NCBI RefSeq assembly: GCF_000143415.4
Contig: NW_003314383.1
Location: 186,001-250,000, forward strand
Direction: 5' to 3'
Source of the DNA: Selaginella moellendorffii
Lineage: Eukaryota > Plantae > Lycopodiophyta
DNA: 64,000 bases
The notes below the pieces were generated by a model. That model saw only the letters and a list, made by a program, of their open reading frames with translations, had not been told where the DNA came from and did not search any database. How positions within the stretch are numbered: the first letter of the stretch is position 1; each line of letters starts with the position of its first letter. The translations under genes were made by a program, and so were the position numbers. Positions 36,405 to 48,685 of the stretch are shown one piece after another.

Positions 36405-37898
36405 TTCTGATTCTTTCTTTCTTCCTGGAATCCTCAAGCTGTTTGTTGCAAAACCTGTATTAACGCTTTGCTTGTATGTCTTAAACAGCGAGCTTTCCAT
36501 CTGTTAAGACGATTTGGTACTGCTGTTACTGGCCCTGCTGCAGTGCTGCAAGTGGCAAACAAGATAAATCATCCAGCTTTTCTTTTTGGAAGTTGATCTT
36601 ACTTGTTTTATATGCCGCCTTCAAGGATTTGGAGATCAAGCGCAAAAGTAAATTAAGTGTGCTAGTCGTCAATGATCGCGACATTCCAAGTTTCTTCCTC
36701 TCTAAACCCGTTCACAATCCTTGGCATTCCACACCTTCAGTTTTCCAAACATCATCTAACAAATATAAATAAAATGAAAAGCATTACCTTGGTTATGATC
36801 TTCTGACAAAGACCGACGCCGTTTGGTCGTCCAAAAAACAACAATGGCTAGGCATGCAAGATGCATTGCACTAGGCACACCTTGGATTTGCTTAATAACA
36901 TCTCGCGTCATCGTTTTAAGTACCAATGTTCCTGCTAACTCTAACACGACGAGTCAGTCCACATCCATTAGTACTTGTGAGCCAAATCAAATCTCCATAG
37001 ACTTCCATGCTTACTGGAGATAGCAGGCGAGCCGAGGCGAGACGAGACAACTCGCGAGGTGTTCTTCGTTGACAGAGACAACCACAGGCGCTTTGATTTT
37101 CTTCCGCATCTGTTTTGTTGATGAGTCCTCCTGATAAGCTTTCTCTCCACTAGCCACGGCCGGATATCTCCTGAGGCAGCGAATGAAACTGCCTAGCTAA
37201 CAGGAGTTGACGGCATTGGCTGCCCCTTGCTGCAATCCTGGCACTCGCTACTTTTTTCTCTCCTGCTTTTTCTTTTCCTCAGCTCCCAGGTCTGGACATC
37301 TGCACAGCCAGACCAGTCATCGACTTCCCATATAGCACGGATAAAAGAGTAATCCAATTCTGGAAGCTCGGTTCCCGGAGCATCCCAGCACCAAAGAGAT
37401 ACCAAACATCAGGCATGAGCGAACTACCACACACGCATTCATCAGCTTTGCCAAAGATAATTTCCAGCACCCGTTCCGTACACGGAAAGCAAAGCCCTTG
37501 CGAGCAGCATGAGCCAATCAATACCCTGAACTTACAGCTTGCAAGAAGAAAGGCATAGAAAATCAGATCTGCTGTCATTGACAACAAAAGCTATGTACCT
37601 CCGCACTGTGAAGGCACGTTAATGCAACTGAAGCAAGAAAGGGGCCTTTAACTCGGTAGGTTTCATGCTACAAATCCAAAGACAAATCAAGAGAAGCACA
37701 CATGCTTAAACAAACACAGCCATCCATAGAAGCAGCCACTTCAGGGAACAGCGAAAATTAGAAAACAAAGGATAAGTCGGTGCGCAGCCTTAAAGAATTT
37801 GGACTCGACGATTCAAGCACTAGGAGATCCAACGAAGAATTCAAATGCATCCCCCCCGAAAATGATTAAAAAGAAAAGATCTGTACCTCCACAAACAA

Positions 37899-39435
37899 CT
37901 AGGCATTGGCCACCTTGTCCATCTCAGTCACACTCTGCGCTGCCAGAGTGTTGTGAAGCTTAACAAACTGACTGAATGATAGTTGATGAGGCCTTGCCTG
38001 GAAGAATCCAGCGAATGAGCTAGGAGCAAAGGAAAAATGATAAAACATCTTACAGTCTCAATGACGCCGATGGAACAAAGAGCATTTTCAACCTCGGAAC
38101 TACTGTAGAGATGCCGCAGGGATGTTCGCAGCATTTTTCGTTTCCCGGTGAAGGCTGAATTCACCTGAAATTTACAACCATCTAGTTATATTTCCATGGA
38201 TACTTGCGAGATCAACTAACCAGAGTAAAGAACCTCTTGACAGATTTGACTTCAGGGTATTGAGAACTATCTTTCAAGGAAAAGGACACAACCGCACCGT
38301 TAACCTGCTAGAAGACACACGCATTAAAATATGCGCACGGCGCGTACGCTTGATAACACTTACAGGGGGAGGAGGAAAAAAGTTCAAGCGATCCACTTTG
38401 AATTTGTACTCCATCTCTGCAAACAAGTAAAGGTTTTGAAGGAAGCATAAAAAACAAAAGGCTCACCTGAGAAAAATCGAATGAATATGCTGATGGGCCG
38501 ATATTCATCTCCTTTTGGAGAATCGTCAATAAACCTTGCAGCAGCCTCATCCTACAGGATCGCTCGCTTTAGTGCTCTGGAAAGACATACATAAGCTCCC
38601 ACCATACTTGTAAAAGCAGCACTACGTTAGAAAACAAGTCTCCCATAGGTAGCAGCTTTTTCACAACATCCGTTGTGATGTTAAAAGGCAGATTGGAGAC
38701 AACCTGAAACAAAGATGTATTCAGGGAACAAAAAGAAAGAGAAGTCAAAGAAATGGAATAAAAGAAAGACACACCCCACCTTAACAAGTTTAGATGGACT
38801 TTTGATGGTTTCCATCCAGTTGCTTAGATGTAATCTTATATGCCACTTCAAAATATCGTCCTGGAACAACTGAAAGGAGAGAAAAATGAGAGAGAAAAGA
38901 AAGAGACTACCTTCACTCTAGGATTATCTTTGAAGCGTTCGGAAACCAAAGAGACCATGTCTGGATCCTACACAAGATAGATAAACTGATAGAAGGAAGA
39001 AAGATTTCGCGAACCTTTTCTACAGCTATAACGTAAGCTCCGGCACACAAGAGGGAATCCGTAAGAGCTCCAGTGCCCGGCCCAATTTCCAGCACCAAAT
39101 CACCCGGTTGGATCTCGGCAGCTCTCACGATTTCGTCATTGATATTCGAATTTACCATGTAATTCTGGGCGGGCGACAAGCAAATCCATCATCGACTCAA
39201 ACTCAAGAAGAAGAAGAAGAAATGCTACCTGTCCAAGCCATCGCTTCGGCCTCCTATTCTTCGATTTGAGCGCCTCAAGAGTTCGCCGATAATTCTCGCT
39301 GCTATTGGAGGAGGAAGAGGAAGAAGAACTCGTCGCTCCACAGGAAATGCTGCATTTCGCGCCGCGGCAAGGCACAAGCTCGTCACATTTCGACGCAAAA
39401 CTCGCGATGGCGATGGCGCCATGCGATCGAATCAT
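37899..39435 (-). CDS. PFC1: Plastid 16S rRNA adenine dimethyltransferase (KsgA/RsmA family)
   Basis: PKRWLGQ|NYMVN; VLEIGPGTGALT; VVSNLPFNITTDVVKKLLPMG; AFTGKRKMLR; transit peptide. Confidence 0.9.
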
Positions 39436-39489
39436 CGCATTTGCCCAATAAACCCTAAAACCCTCTCAAGAACCCTAAAAATCTGAGAG
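39436..39489. promoter_or_regulatory. 54-bp divergent spacer with telo-boxes
   Basis: AAACCCTAA at 39450-39458 and AACCCTAA at 39471-39478 between the two ATGs. Confidence 0.6.
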
Positions 39490-41584
39490 ATGATGCTAAA
39501 TCTCGCTTGCTCCTTCCGATTCAAGAGCGTCACAGCAACGGCGGCATTCTCCACGGACTCGCCAGCCCATGTCCCGTGCGTTCTCACGATTGCTGGCTCG
39601 GACTCCGGGGCTGGAGCGGGAATTCAAGCCGATATCAAGGCCTGCGCTGCTCGTGGCGTCTATTGCTGCTCCGCGATCACGTCTGTCACCGCGCAGAACA
39701 CGATCGGCGTCCAGGTTTGCTCCTTCGCTGGATTGGATCTCTCCTTTAGCTCAAGGATTTTTCATTAGTCCAGGGAATAAGTACTCTACCAGCGGCATTT
39801 GTGGAGCAGCAAATAAACTCGGTGCTCGATGATATTCACGTTGATGTGGTAAGTTCTTTCCTCCTTTTGTCTCGTGCTTCACGAATCTTTCCAGGTGAAA
39901 ACGGGAATGCTGGCTTCTCCCGAGATCATCCAGAGTGTGTGCTCTAGGATCAAACACTACTCGATTGGATGTATGTTCTTGTTTAGTTTCCTCCAAAGCG
40001 CTCACGAACTTTGCGAAAGTTTTGCAGCTTTGGTGGTGGATCCTGTCATGGTGTCAACGAGTGGGCATGAGCTTTCAGGTCCTAGCATTTTGGATCGATT
40101 GAGGTATGGATTTTCCAGCTCGTCTTTCGCGATTTTCATACGTCTTTTTTGTGTTTGTTTCCCTCGCAGGAAAGCTCTGCTTCCTTTGGCGACTATCGTC
40201 ACACCAAATATGTCGGAAGCCTCGGTTCTAGCTGATGGTAAACCTGTGAATACTGTGCTTGACATGAGAGAAGTTGCGGCAGAGATTCACCGAATGGGAC
40301 CAAGGTGAGAGCAAAAATATTTTATTACTGGATTTGAGGGTGGTTTCTTTCGACAGGTATGTTCTTGTCAAAGGGGGACATCTGAAGAACTCGCACGATC
40401 TTGTGGACGTTCTTTACGATGGTAAATCTTACATTGGTTGTTCTGTGACTTTTCTTTCTTTCTTTTAATCGACAGGTTCTGGATGGCACGAGTTGCGGGG
40501 AAGTCGCATAAAAACACGGAGTACTCATGGAACTGGATGCACATTGGCTGCCTCAATAGCGGCTGAGCTCGCTAAAGGTTTAGACGTTCTTCCGGCTGTC
40601 ATGGTAAACACTTGCGTCAATGATCAATTCTTTTCATTATCACTGATCTAACGTTGTCGTGTCAGGCTGCGAAGGAGTACGTTGCAAAAGCTCTCGAGCA
40701 TAGCAGCAGCATAAAAATTGGTGGGGGAGCTCAGGGCCCAATGAATCATTTTTTTCAGCTTGCTGACTGGGGAAAGCTCTCCTCTCGCCAATGTCGCTTC
40801 GACCCCAGGAAGCTCTTCCTATATGCAGTTACAGATTCTGGTATGAACAAACGCTGGGACAGATCGACACCTGCAGCAGTCGAACAAGCTATACAAGGTG
40901 GTGCTACCATAATCCAGATCAGGTACTTGTACTCATTTTGATTTTCATATTTGTCGTGACGATTCTTTCCAGAGAGAAAGAGGCTGAAACGTTGGAATTC
41001 ATCGAAGTATGTATACTATACTCTTTGCGCGCACTTCTGTGTCTTTGTTTTTAAAGTTTTGTGATCAGATTGCCGAGGCTTCTCTTGCTATTGGTCGAAA
41101 ATATGGCGTGCCTGTACTGATCAACGACCGTGTGGACGTGGCTGTCGCGTGCAATGCAGACGGTGTTCATCTCGGACAGACAGACATGCCAGTCCGACTT
41201 GCACGCTCAATTCTTGGTCCCGGCAAGATCATCGGCACGTCCTGCAAGACAGTCGAACAAGCAGTAAAAGCTTACGAAGATGGTGCTGATTACATTGGCT
41301 GCGGAGGAGTCTATCCAACGACCACGAAGAAGAAAAACAAAACTATAGGCTTGGACGGCTTGCGTCTTCTCTGCGAAGCAAGCCCACTTCCGGTGGTGGC
41401 CATTGGTGGTATATCAGCGGCAAACGTGGAAGAAGTCATGAACTCACGTCCGGCGATGCTACATGGCGTGGCCGTCGTCTCAACGCTGTTTGATCAGTCG
41501 GATGTTGGCCAGGCTACGCGTGATCTCCGTGCCAGCATGACAGCAGCACTCTCAGAGTCCACAGCAGGAAAAGTCTTCTCTTAG
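39490..41584 (+). CDS. TH1: Bifunctional HMP(-P) kinase / thiamine-phosphate synthase (ThiD-ThiE)
   Basis: [20 protein letters not shown]; VKTGML; [11 protein letters not shown]; LVKGGH; THGTGCTLA; LYAVTD; INDRVDVA; GVHLGQTDM; VVAIGGI. Confidence 0.95.
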
Positions 41585-42222
41585 ACAGGCCGTCAGCGAC
41601 ACGCATTAAGATGGAGATAGCGAAGATATGGAACAGGAGGGTGACTGCACGAAAAGATCTCTAGATCGGGCAAGTATCTGTGCTCGCGGCACTCTAGAGA
41701 GATTAAGTTGGTGGAGGTACCCCGTGCTCGCCTACAATAATCATCTAGATATTCACGGGATAGTGGGGGATCGACCAAGTCTTTCGAGTTTTAAGTACTC
41801 CATGGGGAACAGGGGAGGGACAGCTTAAAGAATGCGGAGAATTTGGTGATTGTTGCTGCATCATGCAACTTGGGCAGGATTTTAGCGCTATAGAAAACTC
41901 ATGCCGGGGGAGACAACGAGACAAGAGTTTTGAATTCCCGAGAGCAAGCTACAGGGAGGGAGCTAGAAACATAGGAGATCTGGAGGTGTTGGTGGTGGTA
42001 TTTTTGCGTGGTCAGCATGCCAAGAATCCCGGAAAGATGGTAGCAGTATCGTAACCATAAAATCGAGGTAGTTTTTTACGGGGCAGAGAAAACAGGTGGC
42101 CATCTCCTCAAGGCAGAAAAGAGAGATTTTAAGGCAGATTCAGGAAGTCCAAGGAAAGAGATCAAGAAACCGAGAAAAAGTCTCGTGGAAAAAGTCGGAG
42201 AACAGGGGATTGGAAGACTGGG

Positions 42223-43008
42223 ATGGAAGAAGAGCAGTGGTACTGGAAGGCGCTCTGGCTGAACATCATCTTAGCTTTCTCCACCGCTGCGTCGCTGACG
42301 AGAATCACAGCACCATACGGTCGCCACACTCAAGCAGGAGCGTCTTCTTCCTTGGACGTCTGGGGGCCGAGCATGCCAGCCCGAGATGGATGGGTTCTCA
42401 TGGAAAGCCCGGCTCTCTGGTTCACTCTCCTCGTCTTCTCGGCCGGGAAGCACGCCAGCGAAACCGTCCCGCTCGTCCTCCTCCGACTTTTCCAGCTCCA
42501 CTACACGCACAGGGCTCTCATCTATCCGTTTCGCATGCGCTCAAGGGGCAAGACGATCTCCATCGCCATCGTCGCTCTCTCCTTCGTCTTCAACATCTAC
42601 AACGGATATCTCCAGGCGCGGTGGCTGTCCGAGTTTGGAATTTATCCCGACACTTGGCTCCGGAGTCCGCAGTTCGTCTCTGGAAGCTTGCTCTTTGCGG
42701 CCGGGATGGTGACCAACGTCTGGGCCGACTCGGTTCTTATTTCCTTGCGCAAGCCCGGCGAGGAGCGAGGGGGATATAAGTTGCCACAGGGGTGGCTCTT
42801 CTCGCTCGTTGCATGCCCGAATTACTCCGGAGAGATCCTCGAGTGGCTCGGCTGGGCTCTTCTCACTTGGTCCCCCGCCGGCCTCGTCTTCTTCATCTTC
42901 ACAGCCGCGAATCTCATCCCGCGAGCTGTGGCTCACCGCCGCTGGTATGTTTCAAAGTTTCCGGAGTTTCCAGCCTCTCGGCGAGCAGTGATCCCGTTCG
43001 TTCTCTAA
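42223..43008 (+). CDS. DET2: Steroid 5-alpha-reductase, intronless, 261 aa
   Basis: APYGRH; GWVLMESPALW; HYTHRALIYP; NGYLQARW; LRKPGE...GYKLPQGWLF...CPNYSGEILEWLG; NLIPRAVAHRRWY. Confidence 0.92.
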   Translation: MEEEQWYWKALWLNIILAFSTAASLTRITAPYGRHTQAGASSSLDVWGPSMPARDGWVLMESPALWFTLLVFSAGKHASETVPLVLLRLFQLHYTHRALIYPFRMRSRGKTISIAIVALSFVFNIYNGYLQARWLSEFGIYPDTWLRSPQFVSGSLLFAAGMVTNVWADSVLISLRKPGEERGGYKLPQGWLFSLVACPNYSGEILEWLGWALLTWSPAGLVFFIFTAANLIPRAVAHRRWYVSKFPEFPASRRAVIPFVL

Positions 43009-43446
43009 CAAACAAGAATTCGATTCTCCGCAACCACAGGCAGGACAAACAGGGATGGAGATAGAGATGACAACGAAGAATCAAACAAAGTTTGAAGAAT
43101 CGATCGAAGGCTTTACTAGTTATCGCTCACTGCTGTTGATTCAAAGTCATGGTCGCGACTTTAATGGCGATGGAGACTTTGCGATGAACATGGGACTTTA
43201 AATGGATCAACTGTCTTGATCAGGGAAGCATTTATGATATAACTTTGGTACTTCTCTCTTTCTTCCTCACTCCCTCCAAGCTTTTGTTTTCTTTGTGTTT
43301 GTCGTTCGTTCCTCTCGAAAGATTTGTATTGTACATTGGTCTGGTTGGAGGAAGGAAAAGTTTTGGTTTCTCTCACTCTCTCGCTCTTTATTGTTCTCTC
43401 AAAGCATCCCTTTCTTCTGCTCGTAATTCTGGAGTGTGGCTTTGTT

Positions 43447-44316
43447 TCATAGCGACGAATACTGGATTTGGGAGCTAGTGATTTGTCGAGGAGTGTGCTC
43501 GCTGTACTCGAGGATGGCTGACGGGGCCAGAGCTCCAGTTGCTATGAGATGGACTGTGGAGAACAGTGGGAACGATTCTTCCCACTTTCGAGCTCGCAAA
43601 ACTTCATAAACTTCTCTCGCGGTTGAAACTCCCTGGAAGCGAAGAAAAGGATGACAATTCTACGAGCTTCAAGCTTTCGTTGAGTTGTTTTTACCTGGAG
43701 TTTCTGACCCTGGAGAAGCTCGGTTTCCAAGTCGTCGAAGGAGCTGAAATGTCAAGGTAAGCTTCTTCTATTCTTTTCTTTTTTCTCTGCTTATGGAAAA
43801 ACGTACCGCTTTCCTTTGTTCCTGGCGAATGCATCGGCCACTCTTCTGTTGCGACCTCCAACTGGACAAGCACAAAAGTCACGAGAAGATTAAAACCGGC
43901 TAAAACAAGATTACGATGGAGAAAAAACGATGGAAAACTTACGGCATGTTGTGATAAGGTCGGCAACGCCGCAGCTCTCGAAGAAGGTGGTGTCTCGAAC
44001 CGAGGGAAACAGCAGCTTTGAGAAGAATCGCATCTCTTTCAGCCCGATTCGCATGATTGCGGCCTGCAAGAATTTCCAATACAAGAGAAAACGTGGGGAA
44101 TATATTCATGGCAAGAACGCAGTCACCTTTGTGTTGTTGCCCATGTCCAAGCCATCCACCAGACCTGCGGTTACATCAAAGAGTATAACTTTAATATATG
44201 CGAAAGAGTGAATAGCTTTACCAGCGGCAACAGCAACGACGTTTTTCAGTGTTCCACACAACTCCACGCCTTCCACATCTTGTACCTGTAAGTAGGATCA
44301 AAACAGGAAAGCTTGT

Positions 44317-44357
<41 letters not shown>

Positions 44358-45473
44358 AAAAAAAAAGGATTATGAAAACACTCACAGGAGTCACCAGGAA
44401 ATAAGGCCTGCGAAAAATTCGCACCCATTTATCTGCAGCTCGCTTATCATGCCTGAAGCCAACAGTTGCTTCGCTAAACTTCTCCACGGCTACCTGGCGA
44501 GTTCTCTCATGTTTGAGACAGAGGGTTCACCAAACTTTGAAAGATTCTACCTCGTTGGCAATATTTGCACCCATGAGAACAGCGCAGTCAATTCCAAGAA
44601 GCTCCGTGATCAAGTTGGAGATCATGCATGGCCCGTCTTTCTTGACCTGGATGAGAAAAAAACGAAGAAAAAGCCAAAGAAAAAGGATTTTGTAAGAAAG
44701 AGCTAAGAGCTAGTCTAGAAGTGAAACACAGCTAGTTAGTCTATAGAAAAGAGAAAATAGTACCTCCATTCCTTTTATCAGCGAGATGGCAATAGCATTC
44801 TGGCGTATGTTTCCTTTCAATCTATTGCAAATTCCCTCGATAAACTGGTGAGGAGTTACGAACACCAACATCGTTGCATCAGCCACTGTTTTGTTTCTTG
44901 GTTAGAACATATTTCCTTTAGAACACACGAGAAAACGAAAAAAGGAGAGGAGCATCGCTTACCAGCATTCAAAAGGTCTGGCACTGCAACTACATTGGAT
45001 CCAAGCTTAACTCCAGGCAAGTATTTCACATTTTCCTGCAAAGACCAATGGTTTTCCATAGCTTTCTCGTTGAAAGAAAGAAAGAACACGACTTCCTATG
45101 AACGAACCTTTTCCCTGTTGATAACCTGCGAAAGCTTCTCCCCGCTTGGAAGAGTTTCTTCGTAGACCCACATCCTCACCTCATCTAAAGCACAAAAACT
45201 CTAAGAAAGAAAGTTCTAAAGAGGGACTCGATCGATCGATACTTTACCATCGAAGAGATCAGAGCAGCAAGTGTTGGAAGCGATGAGCTTGGCCGCAACG
45301 CTCCCCCAATTCCCACTCCCAATCACCGCAACCCGATCTCTCGCAGCAGTAGCGATGGACTCCGAGGACGCGGAGGTAGCATCATCCTCCACCACGGCAG
45401 CAGCAGCATCGAGCGGCGTGATCTTCTGGATCTCTGGCGAGGACGGTGCCACCTCCAATCCGGGAGGCGCCAT
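43447..45473 (-). CDS. NAD-dependent glycerol-3-phosphate dehydrogenase (GPD1-type), multi-exon
   Basis: VAVIGSGNWGSVAAK; ENVKYLPG; FVTPHQF; SLIKGM; LMGANIANE; ELCGTLKNVVA; ESCGVADLITTC|FGGRNRRVA; GQKLQ|G. Confidence 0.95.
44324..44353. repeat. (AG)n microsatellite in a GPDH intron
   Basis: Direct reading. Confidence 0.9.
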
Positions 45474-46846
45474 GGTAGGATCTAGAGATGGAGAAGAGAG
45501 GCAAGAAAGGGGGTTAAAATAAAAGGCTTGAATCTCGAGAGGAAGAAGCCATGGCCACACTTACTCGCAGCACAGTGGAGGGTGGTGGTGGCGATACCCC
45601 TGGTGGCGGGAGATTGTCCGCTTGTGCCATGCAATGCATGCCACCCTCCGCCCACGGCCCGCCATTCATATATTTCCCACTCCAAGGAACGGCTCAAAAG
45701 GTCTTTTCCATATTCACTTAATTAGTGCTAACTTTTAATTATAAATTTTATATGCTCAATGGTCTTTTATTTTGATCATAAAAAAGATAGCGATATCGCG
45801 TTCTTTGAACATCACTGGAGTGAAAGAACGTGAAGTTTACACGGAAAAGAAAAAAAAACAGGAAAAAGAAATAATAAGCAACCTGTCACCAATGGCTATA
45901 ACCCGGAGACCTCTTTCCAGAGGTGATGGGATTACGAACGTTCCTGTTTGATTGGCACGTTATTTATGAGATACATTCCAATAGCGACGTACCAAAACCT
46001 TTGGAACAACCTCTCATCCTCGATGGAAAGTTTTGCTATACACGGAACAAGAGAAACAAGCTTGGAAAAACTTACAAGTCACAGCAAGGCCGAAGCTTTG
46101 GATTTGCAGAGCCACATCACTGCGTGCTCAACGCAAATCATTGCAGCTTCGGCATGCACCGACTGATCCGGCCTTCGTCGTCAGCTGCTCCAGAACTGGA
46201 GAGTTCTTGATTCCCCTGAGCAGTTCCCCCGGCTCCAATGGCGCCACAATGAGTGCCGCAACGTGATCCATGGGCTTAGCTGGGTCAAAGTCCAGTCGCT
46301 TACAATTCCTAAAGTCATAGTGGGACGTATTCCACTTCACGGTAGGCTTGAACAACGGCGTTCATCAACTGCTGCGAGTGACAATTGCCTCCTACCAAAA
46401 ACTCGGCTGGCAGTCACCAGATCCTAAAAGAAATTTGAGTATATGTGCTGGAAACAAGGAAAGCATTACCTCTTTCAGGAAATATAGTCCGTCAAGCACA
46501 CTCGCTTCAAGAGTCCCCAGATCGCCTGGAGAGCGACCAGGAGGTCCAAGTCCACCTCCTTGACACTGCCCAGCTACCTCAAGATGCAGCGCTGCTTCTC
46601 GAGTGTGCTGGAGAAGAGATCCCCCACGTAGAGGATGCGATCCACGACACCGATATCAGTGAGAGTGAAGCTCCCAGACCCATAAACGTTTCTGAGACAT
46701 TTGTGCTCTCTACATTCCGCGACCACCTCGCGGGCCAAATCCTTGCAGCACCTCGCAAGTTTGTCATCCCTGGAGCGCAGCGCCTCCTTGCAACTTTGAG
46801 CATCTTATGCTTCATTATATTGATATAATTGATATATATTGTATTA

Positions 46847-48556
46847 ATGGAAAATAAGAACCTTGGCTTACAAGAATGTGTGCAACTGGTGAAATCTTGC
46901 AAGACTGTACACGAAGAAGCTGAGCGAGTCTATCTAACAGTGCGTAACTCCGGCCATCTCTCCAGTCCCGATGGGACGTTTCTCTCCAATTTGTTGCTCC
47001 ATATGTTTGTGAGCTGCGGGAGCCTCCAGCGTGCCCACCACATCTTTGACACCACGCATCCAAAGACTGCTTTCACTTGGGTCCTCTTGATCAATGGCTA
47101 TGCGCGAAGTGGACGCGTCGACAGCGCGAAAGAGCTCTTTGATCGGATCCCTCACAGAAACCTTGTGGCTTGGAATTCGATGCTCTCCGCATATGCCCAA
47201 AACGGGTATGTTAGAGATGCCACGGAGATATTCCACCAGATGCCCGAGTGGAGTGTCATCCCGTGGACTGAAATCCTAGCTGCGTTTTCCCGAGACGGGA
47301 ACACCCGCGAAGCCAGGTATTGGTTTGAAATTGCTGTGGAGAGAGACATTGTTTGCTGGAACGCGCTTCTTTCAGCATTTGCCTTGAAAGGACAACTTGA
47401 AGAGGCCAAACGAGTGTTTTACGCCATGCCACAGTGGAACTATTTCTCCTGGAATTTGATGCTCAGTGCGTACGTGAAGAACAATCTTATTCATGATGCA
47501 CTGGAGCTTTTCCTTCGTTTGGATGAGCAAGACACTGTCACTAGAAACACCATGCTTTCAGGATTTGGACAAAGTGGCGATATTGATCGAGCTAAGAAAC
47601 TGTTTGATCAAATGCCCGAGTGGAGTTTAGTGTCGTGGAATTCCATGCTCGCTGCTTATGCCCACGTTGGAGATTTGAGCTCCACTTTAAAAGTGTTTGA
47701 AACTATGAACTGTCGAGATCTCTTTTCATGGACTACACTTCTGGCTGCGTGGTCACAAACCTGGAACTTGGAAGAATCTAAGAAGATCTTTGACGCCATG
47801 CCCGAAAGAAACTTGGTCTCTTGGAATACACTCTTGTACGCGTATGCCCATTTTGGGCATATCTATGAAATGGAGGCTTTCCTGAGCGAAATGCCAGAAA
47901 AATCTTTAGTTTCATGGAACATTCTTCTTGCTGGTTACGGCCAGCGCAAGGAATTCAAAGCTGCCAGCAGCGTTTTTAACAACATGGTCCAAAGAGATAG
48001 CATCTCATGGAATCAGATGCTAGGAGCATTTGCACAAAAAGGATATCTACTTGAGGCTGTCCGGTTTCTAGATCGGATGCCCAAACTGGGCATGGCTTCT
48101 TGGAACACTTTGTTGGTAGCATTTGCACACAATGGCCACCACTGCACTGCTTTAGATCTCTTCTCCGTTATGCTTCTAAATGGTTTTGAAGTGGATGAGA
48201 TTTCTCTCATTTGCGTGCTAATTGCATGTAGTCGTGCCGGACGTTCCCAAAGAGCAAGAGTGTTCTTCCACTCGATCCAAACGGACTTTTGCTTTGCTCT
48301 AACGAGGCAGATCTTCAGCTGCATGGTTGATCTTCTTGGACGAGCTGGGCGCTTGAGAGACGCCGAGGATCTCGTCCAGCATATGCCTTTCCAGCCTGAA
48401 GTCACCGATTGGAGATGCATTCTAAGTGCTTGTAAAAGCCACAAGGACGATCAGTCGACAGCTCGAGCCGTAGAGAGAGTTCTTGGATTAGATCCTGTCA
48501 ATAATGCCGCGTTTGTGCTCCTCTCAAATTCAAAGATAAGAGAAAATCTCTGTTAA
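46847..48556 (+). CDS. PLS-class pentatricopeptide repeat protein ending in the E domain (no DYW), intronless
   Basis: About 31-aa repeats (VSWNSMLAAYA, FDAMPERNL); CMVDLLGRAGRLRDAEDLV...MPFQP...W...LSACK; ends AFVLLSNSKIRENLC*. Confidence 0.92.
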   Translation: MENKNLGLQECVQLVKSCKTVHEEAERVYLTVRNSGHLSSPDGTFLSNLLLHMFVSCGSLQRAHHIFDTTHPKTAFTWVLLINGYARSGRVDSAKELFDRIPHRNLVAWNSMLSAYAQNGYVRDATEIFHQMPEWSVIPWTEILAAFSRDGNTREARYWFEIAVERDIVCWNALLSAFALKGQLEEAKRVFYAMPQWNYFSWNLMLSAYVKNNLIHDALELFLRLDEQDTVTRNTMLSGFGQSGDIDRAKKLFDQMPEWSLVSWNSMLAAYAHVGDLSSTLKVFETMNCRDLFSWTTLLAAWSQTWNLEESKKIFDAMPERNLVSWNTLLYAYAHFGHIYEMEAFLSEMPEKSLVSWNILLAGYGQRKEFKAASSVFNNMVQRDSISWNQMLGAFAQKGYLLEAVRFLDRMPKLGMASWNTLLVAFAHNGHHCTALDLFSVMLLNGFEVDEISLICVLIACSRAGRSQRARVFFHSIQTDFCFALTRQIFSCMVDLLGRAGRLRDAEDLVQHMPFQPEVTDWRCILSACKSHKDDQSTARAVERVLGLDPVNNAAFVLLSNSKIRENLC

Positions 48557-48685
48557 ATCAAACTCCCTAGTTTTAGGATCACCAACTTTGATCCGCTAGC
48601 CTCATGTCATAGGCACTCGTTTCTAGTATTTAACATTGTTTCTAGAGCTTCTTTTCCTATCTCTCAATATAACCTTCCATTCTCT

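Noticed and set aside
41593-42060. Possible LRR-like fragment (LRYLHLNAC) on the minus strand
   Set aside because: Single short motif; cannot be supported without a search
42096-42779. 227-aa ORF overlapping DET2
   Set aside because: Off-frame shadow of a GC-rich intronless gene
45900-46828. Several short ORFs upstream of the PPR gene
   Set aside because: No recognisable domain or consistent splice model; probably a gene relic
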